A DNA stretch of 64,000 nt from Camelus dromedarius (Eukaryota). Below, piece after piece: positions 40,706 through 53,669 of the stretch. The stretch's first letter is position 1. Each line of letters begins with the position of its first letter. The notes beneath the pieces were generated by a model. It had not been told where the DNA came from, made no database searches, and was given only the letters and a program-made list of their open reading frames with translations. A program made the position numbers and the translations under genes. The stretch is from positions 23,376,001-23,440,000 of the forward strand of contig NC_087436.1 in assembly GCF_036321535.1 (NCBI RefSeq), given 5' to 3'.

Positions 40706-40786
40706 ATGAAAGAAGCAGATGAGAGCACAGGATCTGGAGATGGGCCAGTCAAGTCAGTACGCAAAAGAAGAGTACGAAAGGAGTAA
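40706..40786 (+). CDS. CLGN: Calmegin last coding exon (MKEADESTGSGDGPVKSVRKRRVRKE*)
   Basis: ttcctag| ... TAA; basic C-terminus as in calnexin ER-retention tail; exon lengths sum to 1833 nt = 610 aa plus stop. Confidence 0.96.
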   Translation: MKEADESTGSGDGPVKSVRKRRVRKE

Positions 40787-41564
40787 AGTATATTTAAGTA
40801 TTTTTCATTCCTAAAAGAGAGAGTTGGCATTCTAAAGTTGGTGTGCCAGAACTGAACTTGAATCAATCTGCACATCCTGTTTCTTCTATCTAGCAATGTT
40901 ATTCTTTCAGACATTTGTTTTAGTCTTCTTTTTCAGGAAAGAAAAAAAAAACACTTTGAAGTTACCTGGTCTTTGAATTTAGAATAAAAGAAAGGTGCAT
41001 GTTACATATCAGATTTTAAGAGATTAATATCATTAGAAGTTACACAGTTTTAATAGTTTGGAGAGATTAGTTTCTACAGAGCAAAATAATATGCAGCAGC
41101 TTCACCGCTGTTAGAAGAGTCAGTTATTGGAAATTCCTCTTAAATGGCTATACTATAATATGACTGGTAGTTCTATAAATAAATGACAGTTTGTTCTGTT
41201 GTACAGGGCTAAATGCAATAAAGTTCCTGTATGGTTGTTTGATTCTATCAACAATTCAAAGTGTTTGTATGTGACCCACATTTACCTAGTTTGTGTCAAA
41301 TTATAGTTATGGTCCATTGTTCACTTAAATTATAGAGTTCTTTAAAGAGGTGCTTTGTTGACAAACAGGTCAACAAAACAAATGTCTATATGTCATTCAT
41401 AGAATCATTGGTTAATAGTGCAGCGTATTTACATTTGAATACAAAGAAAAGAGGTTTATCAAAGTGAAATGGTGTACAAATTTTTTTTCAAACTTTTATA
41501 GTTGTTTTATGCCAGAATGGCTTACCCTATTCACAAGATTGCTTATGCCTACATTGCTCTTGAA

Positions 41565-41570
41565 AATAAA
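41565..41570 (+). terminator. CLGN distal poly(A) signal AATAAA
   Basis: AATAAA about 780 nt after the stop; further AATAAA at 40983, 41178, 41217. Confidence 0.7.
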
Positions 41571-41807
41571 ATTTAAATATTTTCTCATCTTTAAATGATA
41601 CCCTCTTTAATAGGTAGATTATTATTGGAGAGTCTTTATTTTCTTTGATTAAAGAGATTCTAATGGCTGATAAATGTCGATCATCATGCTTTGTATTTTT
41701 ATCTTTTTTCCTGACAAATTCAAATCTGTTTTCAGTCTGTTGTCTCATCTAGCTTCAAAACCGCCTCTACAGTAGATAACAACTATGTCGTTCCTCTTTT
41801 TAAAGTA

Positions 41808-42028
41808 CAGTTGACCCTTGAAAGCACAGGTGTGAACTGTGTAGGTCCGGTTATACATTGATTTTTTTCTTCCCAATAAACTCTAAGGTTCTATATGATG
41901 TTTGGTTGAATCCTCCAATGCAGAATCTGCAAATATGGGTGGTCAACTATGGGACTTGAGCGTCCGTGGATTTTAGTATCTGCCACGGGCCCTGGAACCA
42001 ATCCCCCATGGATACCAAGGGAAGACTG
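41808..42028 (-). mobile_element. TcMar-Tigger MITE (MER8-like)
   Basis: TIRs cagttgacccttg / caagggaagactg, TA on both flanks. Confidence 0.8.
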
Positions 42029-44479
42029 TAGTTACCAAAAGCCACAGAACTACATTATAGTGGAGCTGTATTGTTCCATTTAACATATACTAAGAGTTTT
42101 TCATGTTTGGGTGACAGACGCTTTGGAAGGTGATGTAAATCTTTGAGACCATGGAACTACTTCACTACTGTCTAGAGAAGTCTATACTAGTTGGGTAATG
42201 TTTCGGATTCCTTCATAGACATACAACTGCATCCTTGGGCCCCTTCCCATCCAGCCCCCTTCCCAGTAGTACATTTTAGAGCTTATGTATAAGGAAAATG
42301 AGTCTCTAGCTTCTCCTCTGACTAAAGGAAGCCAAATATAGCCAGTATAGTCACTATTCACTCTATTTCAGGGAGTGAATTGAAAATGAAAATAAGTGCT
42401 TTATTCCATTGCTGTGTTCTGAACTTTCCATAAATTAGTGATGGAAAATCTTAATACACAGTTAACCATACTTTGTATTTAATACTAACTGAACTTAATA
42501 CATCTTGCAAGGATTCCCTTTCTTACTCTACATTTGGAATGTCGAAGTGAACTAGACACTGAGTAATTCCAGATGAGAATGTTTCTGAAAGTAAACTACT
42601 ACTTCATGGGGTAAATCCGTTCTTATTTTTATGGAAACCTCCTTTCCTGGTAAGTGTCTTGTAAGTGATCTTTTTTTAAAGATTTATTAAAGCTCTTTTT
42701 TACTTTCTTGGTTGCAGATTCATTTTAACTTTAACATTTGGTTAAACTCCATGAGCCTGCAGTGGTAAAATCTGAGCAACCGGTTTTGCCAGTTCACTGC
42801 TCCTACCTGTGGATGTCCCCTCTGTGGATGCACCATGGCTGATAAGTTTAACCCAAACTTAAACTTTATAAATATGTGTACTAGGTCCATGTAGTAGACA
42901 AAGCATTGTCTTCCTTAATAACAGGATGGCTTTTTCCTTTTACCACCCTAATCTGACTTTATTAAGATGATTTAAGTTCTATCCTTTTCTCTAAAAAAGG
43001 AGAAAATGAATGTATTTTGCTCTTTATTTTAGTTGGCTTTTCTAGAGGCTTTTTAATTTGACCAAGCAAAGTAGCTTCCTTTTTCTTGAACATTTTTTTA
43101 AGGTAGCCTTGCTTTCATTGGTCATTCTTTAGAAAGATACATATTACAAGAACTAAGAGCCAGTCTACATTTCCAAGAGACAGAGGATGAAATTGCTTAT
43201 TACATGTTTAAATTAACTATTAGCAATGAATTTAATGTACCTTAGCAGTTTAGAATACTACTTTAGAAAATTAATAGTTTTCATTGAAAACTATTCTGAA
43301 TAGTTTAAAATATTAATATATTACACTCTAGGCATCTATGAAGTTTATTCATTCTCTTTTCAACTGTGGCTATGTTTTAACTTCAGCAGGATTTAGAGAT
43401 GAAATATCACATGGCTGATACCAGATAACTATTTAAATCTCATGTAAAGAATTTATTTAAACATAATAATGGCATTTCTACATTAATTTTAATAATCTCT
43501 TCCCAAATTATAGCTCTTATTCCCTTAGTATGACAGCTGTGAGGAGTTTAGGAAGTAAAATTACCCCTAATCTGACAGGTCAGATGAAGTAGGTTGATGG
43601 AAGAGAAAATGTATTTTTGAATGCATTTGGAGTTTGCAGCGATCCAAATGCATGGAAAAGCAATGGTAATTTTAGGGAAAATGAAGAACAGGATAATTTT
43701 TAAAATTATCGTTTAACACCTAACAAAGTATCTTACCATTTATTTTGTGTTTGTTAAATAAATAGAATTTTACTTTCTTTGTAAAATTTGGAAGTAATTT
43801 CAAGTTTTAATTACTTAAACATTTGATAAGCCATCTATAGATAATACAGAAAATTTAAAACAAGGTAAATACATTATACAAGTGATTACTATATATTACT
43901 TTAGCTTCTGTCATCACTCCTCAACACCCCCTTCAATATATGGTAAATTAGGTCCTAAGGCCAATGTAAAGACCTTGTTATAGAAAATGTCCTTATATAC
44001 AATTCATCTCTATGATTTAAGTGAAATAAACTGTAGCTTTTTGGGGGGGTAGATTAGCTAAGAGGTAGTTAACTCACTCTTCCAATTTTGACCTTTCATG
44101 TAATCACATTCTCTATTCTTTAGTGATTTACAAATTGTCTTAACAGCTAAAGTAATCTCAGGTCTTTGTTGGTAATTTTGATTATATCAGCATTAAAGAA
44201 ATACAACAACCATTAGAAGTTGTTAACTCAAGATAGGAAAAAACAAAATTATTGGGGAAAGTAAAGAAAGACTCCATTCTAAAGAATTAAGATCAATTTT
44301 GCTTTGTTTTGGACCATAAAATTCTAGAATATGTAATTCACCTTTCATCTTTCTTTTGGAAAAGGGACTAGATCAGAGGGAAGAGTAATGGACAAGGATA
44401 TAAATGTGGTATCATGAATTGGTTGGAACTGCATGCTTAGATGATTTTGGTTGCTTTTCTGCAAATTTTCTTGTTACGT

Positions 44480-44765
44480 GAACAATTCCAAATTCCAAAA
44501 ATCTCTGGAAATCGAAAGTTTTTTCATGTTTGACATCAAAACTCATTTGGCAGCCAAACCTGACCTCCCTGATAGGCTATATATAGTGTATTTATCACAC
44601 TTAGTACTAAATTAATATATTTTGCTACAAAAATGTTAATGTATTTGATTACAGGTGTTGCCCAAACTGTATTGGTGTTTGAGTCATAATACTTTATGAA
44701 ATCTGAAAAATTCCAAATTCTGAAACATCTGACCCCAAGAGTTCCAGATAAGGGATTGTGAGCTT
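44480..44765 (-). mobile_element. Tigger-derived MITE (MER46C-like)
   Basis: ttctgaaacatctgaccccaagagttccagataagggattgtg terminus. Confidence 0.65.
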
Positions 44766-44926
44766 TATTAACTTGCTATAAGTAAAGTCCAAAGTGACTA
44801 TAGAGGACAGATTTTGGATGGAATGCTAGTGTATTGAGGGAAGTTCTACAGGTAGACCCTGAGGAAAAGGAGTATGGTGATTTTCCCTGCCAATTATCAT
44901 TCCACCAGCATTTGGAACTAGGAAGT

Positions 44927-45344
44927 ATTTAAAGAAAAATTTATTCTGACATTGGTTAAAACAGTAAGAAAAACTATTCAGGGATGTTGCAATAGGGGGC
45001 AAGAATATTGCAACAGGGGAGAGAGATGGGGCGCACCTCCAAATACAGTGAAGACAGCTGGGAATTTTTAGTTATTGCGCAGAGTTGGGGCAGGGAGGTG
45101 GATAGAAAATTACTAAGAGGAGACATCAGGGGTAGGGAGATGCTTGCTATGCTGATTTAACAGGATTCTTGCTCAAGACAGGCAGGGTGATCAGATTCTG
45201 AGGGTGGGGGATTTCTCTAAACTGACTCAGCAGGATTTTTACTAAAACTGGACTAAGCAGGCTGAAGACAGGGCCTAAGATGAGCTCTAGTCAGAAAGAG
45301 GACTCAGAAGAACATGGCTAAAGTTTGGTTGAGGAGTCTTTATC
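44927..45344 (-). mobile_element. ERV1 solo LTR (MER31/MER67-like)
   Basis: Minus strand begins tgataagactcctcaaccaaactttag and has aataaa near its 3' end. Confidence 0.7.
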
Positions 45345-46588
45345 AGAAGCTACGCACAGTCCCTGTGCATACTGTTTACCGCCTGTATTTCTATTATAGA
45401 AATTGATATCCTGAAGGACATTGCTGTAATGAAAACAAAATGTGTAGCGCTGGTTTACCATTCATATAACAAGCAAGTGGGGCATGTATTTCGGGTAACA
45501 TTTTGTCACCTTCTGATTTAACAGCTGTAGGGGTAGCAGCTGGAAAAGCCAGAATGTGAAATAAATTGGCTGTTCCCTTATGCTTTTTAGCAAGGTATCA
45601 CAAGAAGGAGCTTTCCAGTTTCCAAGCAGAGATGGAAGGAAATAGAGAAAGATCATTATATTAGCTACCTCACATGATTAGAAAAGCTAATTGTTTCTGT
45701 ACCCTGAAAGCAGAAAAAAATTCAAAATGGTTTTATTTTTGAGGTATGGGAGGTGGAAGGGGAAGCCCAGTTAAAACTTTTCTGCCAAGTGTTAAGCCAA
45801 ACAAAAGGACCCAGCCCTGCAGTGATACTTGGGTGTTGCATTCCCAGTGCAGTCTTATTTTCAGTTGACTTCAAAGTAGCCTTTATTAGAGGGGCAGAAA
45901 CCTATGAGGAAGGAAAAGGAAAAAGCATACCTTGAGAATTTGTTCTAGAAAAGAGCTTGATTGTGGTTCCTAGCATATGCAACTGAAGCATATAGACAGC
46001 AAGGCTGTTTTTGAGGGAATTGTACTGCCAAAGAAACGTGAGCTTGGCCTTCCAATGATGGGCACCAAAATCACATCAGCAAGAAGTGGACTGTTTCTGC
46101 AACTCCCATAATAAATGGAACACTCCCAAACTTTAGAGTTACAGGAGGGTCGGGGTGTGGGTAAATAAGGAATAACTTTCCAGACAGGGGAAGCCATGGA
46201 GAGCAATAAGGGAAGTCCTTTGCCAGAGATTAGAATCAGGGTCAAATCAAGGAACTTTATCCACTATCAGGGACAGAATCTTCACAGGGTCTCTCTCCTA
46301 GTATTCCACAATTGCTTTGAATTGATGTTTCCCTTTATTCCATATTCCAAATTGAGAGTTGTTATTTGGGTATCCTATCCCCACTACACCATTACAAATG
46401 GGCAGAGCAAATAGTCTGTCACTAGTTTAGTGGTTGTCAGACTATTGGAAGCCACATCTACAACTGACAGACCTTGATAGAGACCCTGGATTTTGAGCTG
46501 AATCAGTAACTGGAAAAGGAGAGGTTAAGTATGTTCTGTATATGGGAAAAAGGCTGGGCAAAGATACTTAACAGCAAGAGAAGGGGGC

Positions 46589-46930
46589 TGTGGCTGATGC
46601 TTCTAGGTACCACCAATATCCATTTCCACAGTAAATTTATAGCTGGAATATGGCTTCCAGCTAGGAATGACATTTCTCAGCAATTCTTGCATCTAGGTGT
46701 AACTAAATCCCGACCCACTGGAATGTGAGAAGACATATGAGCCATTTCCAGGCAGGCCCAGCCCATAAAACCCTGCATATATGCACCATGCACTTTTTCT
46801 GCAAATTATAATGGTGATAATTAGTGACTTGGAAGCCATGTTTGAAAATGGCAGAGCCATCCTTAGCTCACAAAGCCTACTGGTTTACCGTGCGTAATTA
46901 CCTCAGAACCATTAGTTGGATGAGAAACAT
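46589..46930 (+). mobile_element. ERVL LTR remnant (LTR16/LTR33-like)
   Basis: catttctcagcaattcttgcatctaggtg...ggaatgtgag...aaaatggcagagcca. Confidence 0.55.
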
Positions 46931-46937
46931 TAAAAAA

Positions 46938-47225
46938 ATTTTTTTAATTGAAGTATAGTCAATTTACAATGTTGTGTTAATTTCTGGTATATAGCATAGT
47001 GATTCATTTATACTTACATATACATAGAGAGATTCCTTTCCATATTTTTTCATTATAGGCCATTGCAAGATACTGAATATAGTTCCCTGTGCTATACAGT
47101 AGGATCTTGTTTATCTACTTTATATATGGTAGTATCTCCAAATCCAGAACTTCCAGTTTATCCCTCCCCACCCCCTTTCTCCCCTGGTAGCCGTAGCTTG
47201 TTTTCTATGTCTGTGAGTCTGTATT
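46938..47225 (-). mobile_element. 5'-truncated L1 3' end (same family as 2005 and 8764)
   Basis: aattgaagtatagtcaatttacaatgttgtgttaatttctggt...gaatatagttccctgtgctatacagtagg. Confidence 0.85.
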
Positions 47226-47532
47226 CTATATTATTTTATATTTTTTTATCTCTGTGTCTCATTGCGAGAGCTTAGCCTAACTTAAAAAATGCAACCACCA
47301 TTACTTTGGCAATCTTGGATCCTTTGAATTCTTTGCTTTTATTTTTTGAATTAATATATAATATCCTATATTTGTTTTAATAAAAAATAGTATTCCCTTA
47401 AACATCTAGCAACTGGTACTTAAAAATAAGATACGTTACTTATCTTGTGGCTTTGAACAACCCTGAATACACCACTGCAGCCAGTTACTTTGGCAACTAT
47501 ATCAAAACACACACAATTTTTGAAACACCCTT

Positions 47533-47538
47533 TTTATT
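47533..47538 (-). terminator. SCOC poly(A) signal AATAAA
   Basis: TTTATT on +, about 1.4 kb beyond the SCOC stop, followed on - by GU-rich tgtgtgtttt. Confidence 0.7.
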
Positions 47539-48931
47539 AAACAGCAAAGCATAACTGCAACACAATTTTAAATGTTTGAAAATTAGGTCACAAAGGGATG
47601 CAAAATGTTTGCGTATGACTATTATATATTCATACAGCTAAAGTCATCAAATCTTATACCAATACAAACATAAGATTACTTCATGATTAGCCTAAATTTA
47701 GTAACCATAAGCTATATTAGTGGATCTCTTTTCCTGTGTAACACTTTAACATTACTCGTGATACTCATTTCCTTACCAAATGGAATCTACAAACTAAATT
47801 TAAAAAAACTGTTAAATGACTAAAACTTTGCAAACCAGCAGCTGGGTTTACAGAAGATTCTAAGTAGTGAGATAAAATACTGAGAAAGCGTCAATTAATA
47901 TACATGTAAAACTCTCCCATTTTATTCATGATTTTGATACTAACACACTCTTAAGGGATTTTGCAAAGTTGATCTGCTGGGTACTACAAATAAACCTGAA
48001 AACAAACTTTGTTCTCTTCCAGGTCTTGTTTACATAATGTTAGCCAAACAGTCCATTTTCTTATATATTCCCAAATCTAATCTGTGCCAGAGATTAACAC
48101 AAATCTGAAGTAGAAACATTTGGAATCCGTTACAATCTTTTCACACCCTTTTTCTATTTTTCCTCAAATTTTAAAATTTCAAACACACACACAACCAGAG
48201 CACATCTTTTCAGAAAACCAAGTGGGTAGCTCTGTGCAAGGGAAGTCTTTAACAACAAATCTTCCCCATTTGACAATTCAAAGAAAAATCTTCATTTTTA
48301 TAGCCTCCGTTTTCATTGATTAAAGAGAAACAACTATCCTATCTTACTCCTAAATACAACAAATAAGCCCTAACTGAGAAAGTATCTTATTTTGGTTAAG
48401 CTTACAGTTAGAGTTCAGATTACTCCCTATATGATTAACTATAGAAATTACTTTTTACAAATGTGAAACCAATTTTTTCCTTGGGGAAGGAAAATGAGAA
48501 GAAAGCAAACGGAGAAGAGGCACACAATGGTGGACAGGGTACATAAAGCTGTGCACTCAGTACATGATTTTGGTCACTTTTTCACAACACGGTGGTTATT
48601 TTCTTGTATCTCTAACTATGCCTATAATAAAGTCAGTGCTAAACCTGTAAGTCAAAGCAAATTTGATAAAACATTCATTTTCAAGTTTCATAAATATATG
48701 CATTTCTAATTATAAAGTCTCTACAGCACATTTGCACGTTTTCATAGACTAACATAATACACAAACTCATGGGAGTTTTCTGTTATGCTCTTAATTTTGC
48801 TTAGATCTGACATTATCTTCATAAATACTCAGTGAAGCCACAAACAAAAGTATTATAACGTCTGGAATCTATCCAAGTTTTAAAGAAAAAAATGATCAGC
48901 AGCAATTCCATAAAACATAAGGGATAATCCC

Positions 48932-49074
48932 TTACTTTCTTTTGCTTTTTGTGTCAGTTGTTTGAAAAACACTAGAAGCTGACATGAGGTTTTCTATATA
49001 TTGTCCAAGAACTTGGTTTTCTGATTTTAGCTTCAGATTTTCTTCCTTAACTGCATCTACTCTTGCAGAGAGAT
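48932..49074 (-). CDS. SCOC: SCOC last coding exon ([47 protein letters not shown])
   Basis: Acceptor aatatag|, stop TAA 48934-48932; 143 nt. Confidence 0.96.
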
Positions 49075-49589
49075 CTATATTAAAAATAAAAAAGCGTATT
49101 ATCAATAAAATGATGGCAATGATGCCACATTATAAAGTGCTTATTAAGATTCATTCTTAAAAGAAATACCACAGTCCTTAAATTTTCTGCTTTTAAATTC
49201 AGGCTAATTTAGAAGTTAAACAAAGTGAACTGAGTACCAATCAATAGTCAAAATTCCTACAAAGAGATGTCACATTAGATTAAATGTTATTCTTTGTAAA
49301 CAGCATTTTTGTTAAGTAGTTAATTCTTAAAATGGTTATTTTTAAAAATACAGTTTTAAAAATGTGAATTTTGGTCCATATCTTACCATCATAAAACCAT
49401 AATGTCTTTACAGAAATGTTTAAGAAAATGTAGTAGGTGAACATAACTGAATTCACATACTGGATATAGGCAGTCAGTTTCCAACTGATCATTATGTATT
49501 TTCACATTAGCAAGAAATTCAAAATAGCAGTTCTTGATGATAAAAAAGATATTACCTCCATTCAGTAAGGACTGGCTGCCTTCTAAGAG

Positions 49590-50110
49590 TCATTCAGTAA
49601 GTATTAAGTGCCTGTAACAGGCACTGGTCTAGAGGCAATAGTAACAAAAAAGAAAGGTCCCTGCCCTTTCAGAGTTTACATTTAATGTGCATGTGGGCAC
49701 AGGTGCATTAATGGGGCTCAGGGCGTGTAAGGGATCAGGAGAAAAAACAAGAAAGGTAAGGGTCATAGGAAGCAAAAGGAAAGCTGTTCTTTTATATAGT
49801 ATAGTCAGGGATAGCTATTTTGATTAAGGAAATTTCACCAGAGATCTAAAGGAAGTGAGGGAATGAGCCATACTGACATGCAAATGATCAAGGGAAAAGA
49901 TTCAAGCACAGGGAACAGCAACTGCCAAGACTCTGAGTTAGAGGCTTAATGAAAGAATAGCAAGGAGGTTGGAGTGTCTGAGGCAGGATGTATGAGTCAG
50001 AGAGTGTGACGAGTCTGAAAGTAAAAGGAAAGTAAGAGACTTCTACAGAGTAACCTGGCTTTCATTAACTGTGAAACGGGAAGCTACTGGAGTGACATGA
50101 TCTGTTCAAT
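49590..50110 (-). mobile_element. L2 remnant in SCOC intron
   Basis: cattcagtaagtattaagtgcct...gtccctgccct...aggaagtgagggaatgagcca. Confidence 0.7.
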
Positions 50111-50572
50111 CTGATTTCAAAAACAAACAAAGCAAACCACAATCCCTTAATTTCCTTAAAAACCAAAGTATATTTCAGTGGTAGAATTAATTTTATGCGA
50201 GACATTCAGAAAATGAAAAAACTCAGATCAATTCCCTTTTCATTTTTGAGGCTAATGTGCTATTCTTACTTTCATATAAGCTTTATTAAAGTGGACTTAG
50301 TATAACAGTGAGGGGACTTAAAAGGGCTCTCATATTAGGTCAGACCTTAAAGAGGGAAGCATAAGAACACTGACTTTCTTATTGAAACATCTCTGTTCTT
50401 TAAACTGACCAAACAAAGCTACTGGCAGGAGGGGAAAAAAACTATTGAAGTAGACTTTGAAGTTTATACTTTTAAAAACTGTGCACAGTAAAACACAAAA
50501 TTTAGCAACATAAATGCTTACAATTTCAATTACCTGGATGTTAGTCAAGAAAACTACAAAATACAAGCTAAC

Positions 50573-50656
50573 CTTCAAGTGTGTGTTGGAGTTCCAACAC
50601 TTGATTAATAAGTCGTGTTTTTTCCTCCAGTTCCACCTGATTTTCAGCATCAACTG
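50573..50656 (-). CDS. SCOC: SCOC middle coding exon (AVDAENQVELEEKTRLINQVLELQHTLE)
   Basis: ttacag|CAG ... GAAG|gttagc; 84 nt; coiled-coil heptads. Confidence 0.96.
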
Positions 50657-51031
50657 CTGTAATAAAAAGGTTCAGATTTACTATTAATTAACATTAGCTA
50701 CCATTTGCGTAGTATAGCACTTAAAAATCTGTAAAATGTTTTATATTCATTATCTTATTAGACTTATACAAGAGCCCTATGAAGTAAAAGGTTATATCCC
50801 ACATTGCAGATAAGGACACCAAGGTGAAGGCAAAATGTTTTGCCAACATCTCACAGTTAAGGAATGGAAGTTGCCTTATATCCTTTCTAGAACTATATGG
50901 GATTATAAATAGGTAAATTGCACAAGATCCAAGCCTTCTAAATATTGCTTCTCTGTTCTTTCCATTGCTTAATAAAGCAGTGTATGTTCCACAAAACCAG
51001 GAACATACAGAAAGGAAAACAAAGAACATAC

Positions 51032-51053
51032 CATCCATGTCAGCATTCATCAT
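51032..51053 (-). CDS. SCOC: SCOC first coding exon (MMNADMD); whole exon spans 51088-51032
   Basis: Acceptor ttgcag|51088, ATG 51053, donor G|gtatgt; 22+84+143 = 249 nt = 82 aa plus stop. Confidence 0.94.
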
Positions 51054-52639
51054 CTTGGGCCTTGGATACAAAATTCTTGATAAATGGTCTGCAATAAGAA
51101 AGTCAGAAACACAGGCATACATAGCAATGAAATATAAGCTTGTTTTTCAAAAGAAAATTAAATGACCCAGTTGGACCCTTTTCGCATACTTTACTGTGTC
51201 TAAGAATAAAATACTCAGTGGGTAAATAAGCAAAGAATATGTACAAATAGTTTACAAAGAGAAGTATTCAGTAAACAAGAGGAAATGTTGATTTTCTTGG
51301 TAATCAAAGAAATGCATAGAAAATACCACTGTATATTTCTCAAAATATTTCTCTAAAAGAAGATAATGGTCAATGCTAGAAAAATTATGGAAAAGCAAAC
51401 ACAAAATATTGGATACAAATTATAAACATGTAATCTTTTTGGAAGGCAGTGCAGTAATAAACAAGATTCATAAAAACATTTAAATATTTTTTACAAAGCA
51501 ATTTTACTCTTGGAAATGTAGCCCAAGGAAAATTATGAAGGAAAAAATTATATCCATAAAAATCTTTACTTCAACCTTATTTATAACCCAGTAAATTGGA
51601 AACAACAAACTGTCCATTCGGAGTCTGGTTAATTGTAGTTGCCATTTCTAATAGAGTGGCTACTAAAAATAATTATGATGACTATAATAACACTAATGTA
51701 AATTATTTGAAATATAAGCATGGATAAAGAGAATACAGCAAAATGAAAAAATCTAACATCATTATGTGATGGTAGCAAGGAAGACAGCTCTTAAAATAGT
51801 CTTCATTATTAAAGCATTGTTTTATATATAGCAATTAATACTTTTTAAACATAAAATTCTAAAGAAAAATACTAGGTATCTGAAACACTAATATGGATTA
51901 AATGAAAACACGTCCATTGTCACCTCCTGGTTATGGTTAAAACAGATTAATTAGGATATAAATAAGTAAATAAATATTAACATTTTGTTTCTATAAAAGG
52001 CTCCAAAATATTAGAGCACAAAATTCTTGTGAAACATGTCCTGCTCTATAGCTAACATTCATTCACATGCAATGTGCTCAAAATTTATAAATAATGCTAC
52101 CAGATTATTACTGAAAACAGATTTGTTAACCAATCTAATCTACTCACTGAAGCAACTTAGACCTGTCAGTTTTGTTACTCTTTCAACAAGTATTTATTGA
52201 ACATCTACTATATCCAAGGCATTGTTATGCCTCCAAATGCTGAACAGTAGAACCCAAACCTATTGAACAAAAACGTCTACTACTAGAACTATAATCACAA
52301 TCAAAACAGTGATCAGTGTGTACTACCTCACAGTTTCAGTTAATATAACTGTGTGACACTTCAGATACTAGTGTGAACATGGGAACAGAATGCTCTGTAC
52401 ACAGGTATAAACTACATCTTGGTGAAGATATCAGTCTAAAAAAGAAAGATATTAAACTTCCTTTACACATAGCATTATTAAAGAATTACTAGCTACAAAC
52501 AGTATAAAAATAACGCTTAATAAATCTACCTCAAGTATTCTGGCATCTTTCCACTGATCCAGCATAAGCACTGCTCTCCCTCATATCTTTTTCACATGGT
52601 TTTAATTCTCAGGTTCTTTGTACTTCAGAGAAAGCTTTA

Positions 52640-52705
52640 AGTAGGTAGGTAGGTAGATGGGTGGATGGATGGATAGAAAGAAAGGAAAGAAAGAAAGGAA
52701 GATAT
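52640..52705. repeat. Compound tetranucleotide microsatellite (GGTA)(GGAT)(GAAA)
   Basis: gtaggtaggtaggtagatgggtggatggatggatagaaagaaaggaaagaaag. Confidence 0.85.
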
Positions 52706-52712
52706 AGATGCA

Positions 52713-52910
52713 GAGTTGACCGCTGAACAGCACAGGTTTGAACTAGAATTTTTTTCAGTAAGTACTACTACAGTACTACACGACCTGCAGTTAGTTCAGT
52801 CTGCAGTTGTGGACTGCGCATATGTAAGGCCAACTGTAAAGTTATATGTGGATTTTCAGCTATGCAAAGAGTCGGAGCTCCTAACCCCCTTGTTGTTCAA
52901 GGGTCAACTG
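52713..52910. mobile_element. Tigger2/MER28-like MITE
   Basis: TIRs agttgaccgctgaacagca / tgttgttcaagggtcaactg. Confidence 0.75.
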
Positions 52911-53259
52911 TGTAAATATGTGTGTACATATACACACACACATCTACATAAATCCAAATACACTGATTATGAAAATTTTTTCAGAAGTTCTTCAACCCTG
53001 TGTAGTATTTGAAAACTACACTTCAAAAATTCCTCTGCATTCAAATAATGTATCTTTATAATTGAAGAGGAAGAGTGTTAGCAGTGAAAACTTTATTTGG
53101 CACTTCCCCAAGAGAAGAGCATTTTCATACCCCTTCAACTACTGATCTGGCTAAAGTCTGGGAAGAATAAGAGGTAACAACCAAAAGCAAAAGTAAGTGA
53201 TCTTGGGAATACTCAGCAACAGTAGACTTCAACTTGGCTATTTACTCTGCTACATAACA

Positions 53260-53669
53260 CAGGTATCCCCCATTTTTTGAAAGTTCACTTTATGCCACTT
53301 CATTTGTATGAAAGACCTACATGAGTACCTGTTTTTGCTAAACAAAAGTCTGAAGCAGATTTTCGCTTTCATGAAAAATGGCAAAAAGCAAAAATAGCAT
53401 TCGGTGTTTGTTTTGCAGCAAGCTATAATAGAGGCAGCGTTCACTCTGAGCAGTGAGAGTGATACCACCAAGCTCCTTCCCTGAAAACACACAGCATCTC
53501 AGCATCAAGCCACCATAGCTTTGAACTGTGTCTGTAAGCTCCTGTGCTTTTATCTCTATTTTGTGCATCTGTTCACAAGATATGTCTTAAGATAATTGCT
53601 TCTTCACTTTACACCAATTGGCTTATAAAAGGTTTCACAGAAACACTTTCAGATAGTGGGGTAAGCCTA
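53260..53669. mobile_element. Tc1/mariner-Tigger-like non-autonomous DNA transposon
   Basis: Imperfect TIRs of about 25 bp: caggtatcccccattttttgaaagt vs reverse complement taggcttaccccactatctgaaagt. Confidence 0.65.

Noticed and set aside
50721..51122. 133-aa ORF as a gene
   Set aside because: Read-through of SCOC exon 2 into intron and MIR sequence; real splice sites bound the exon at 51088 and 51032.
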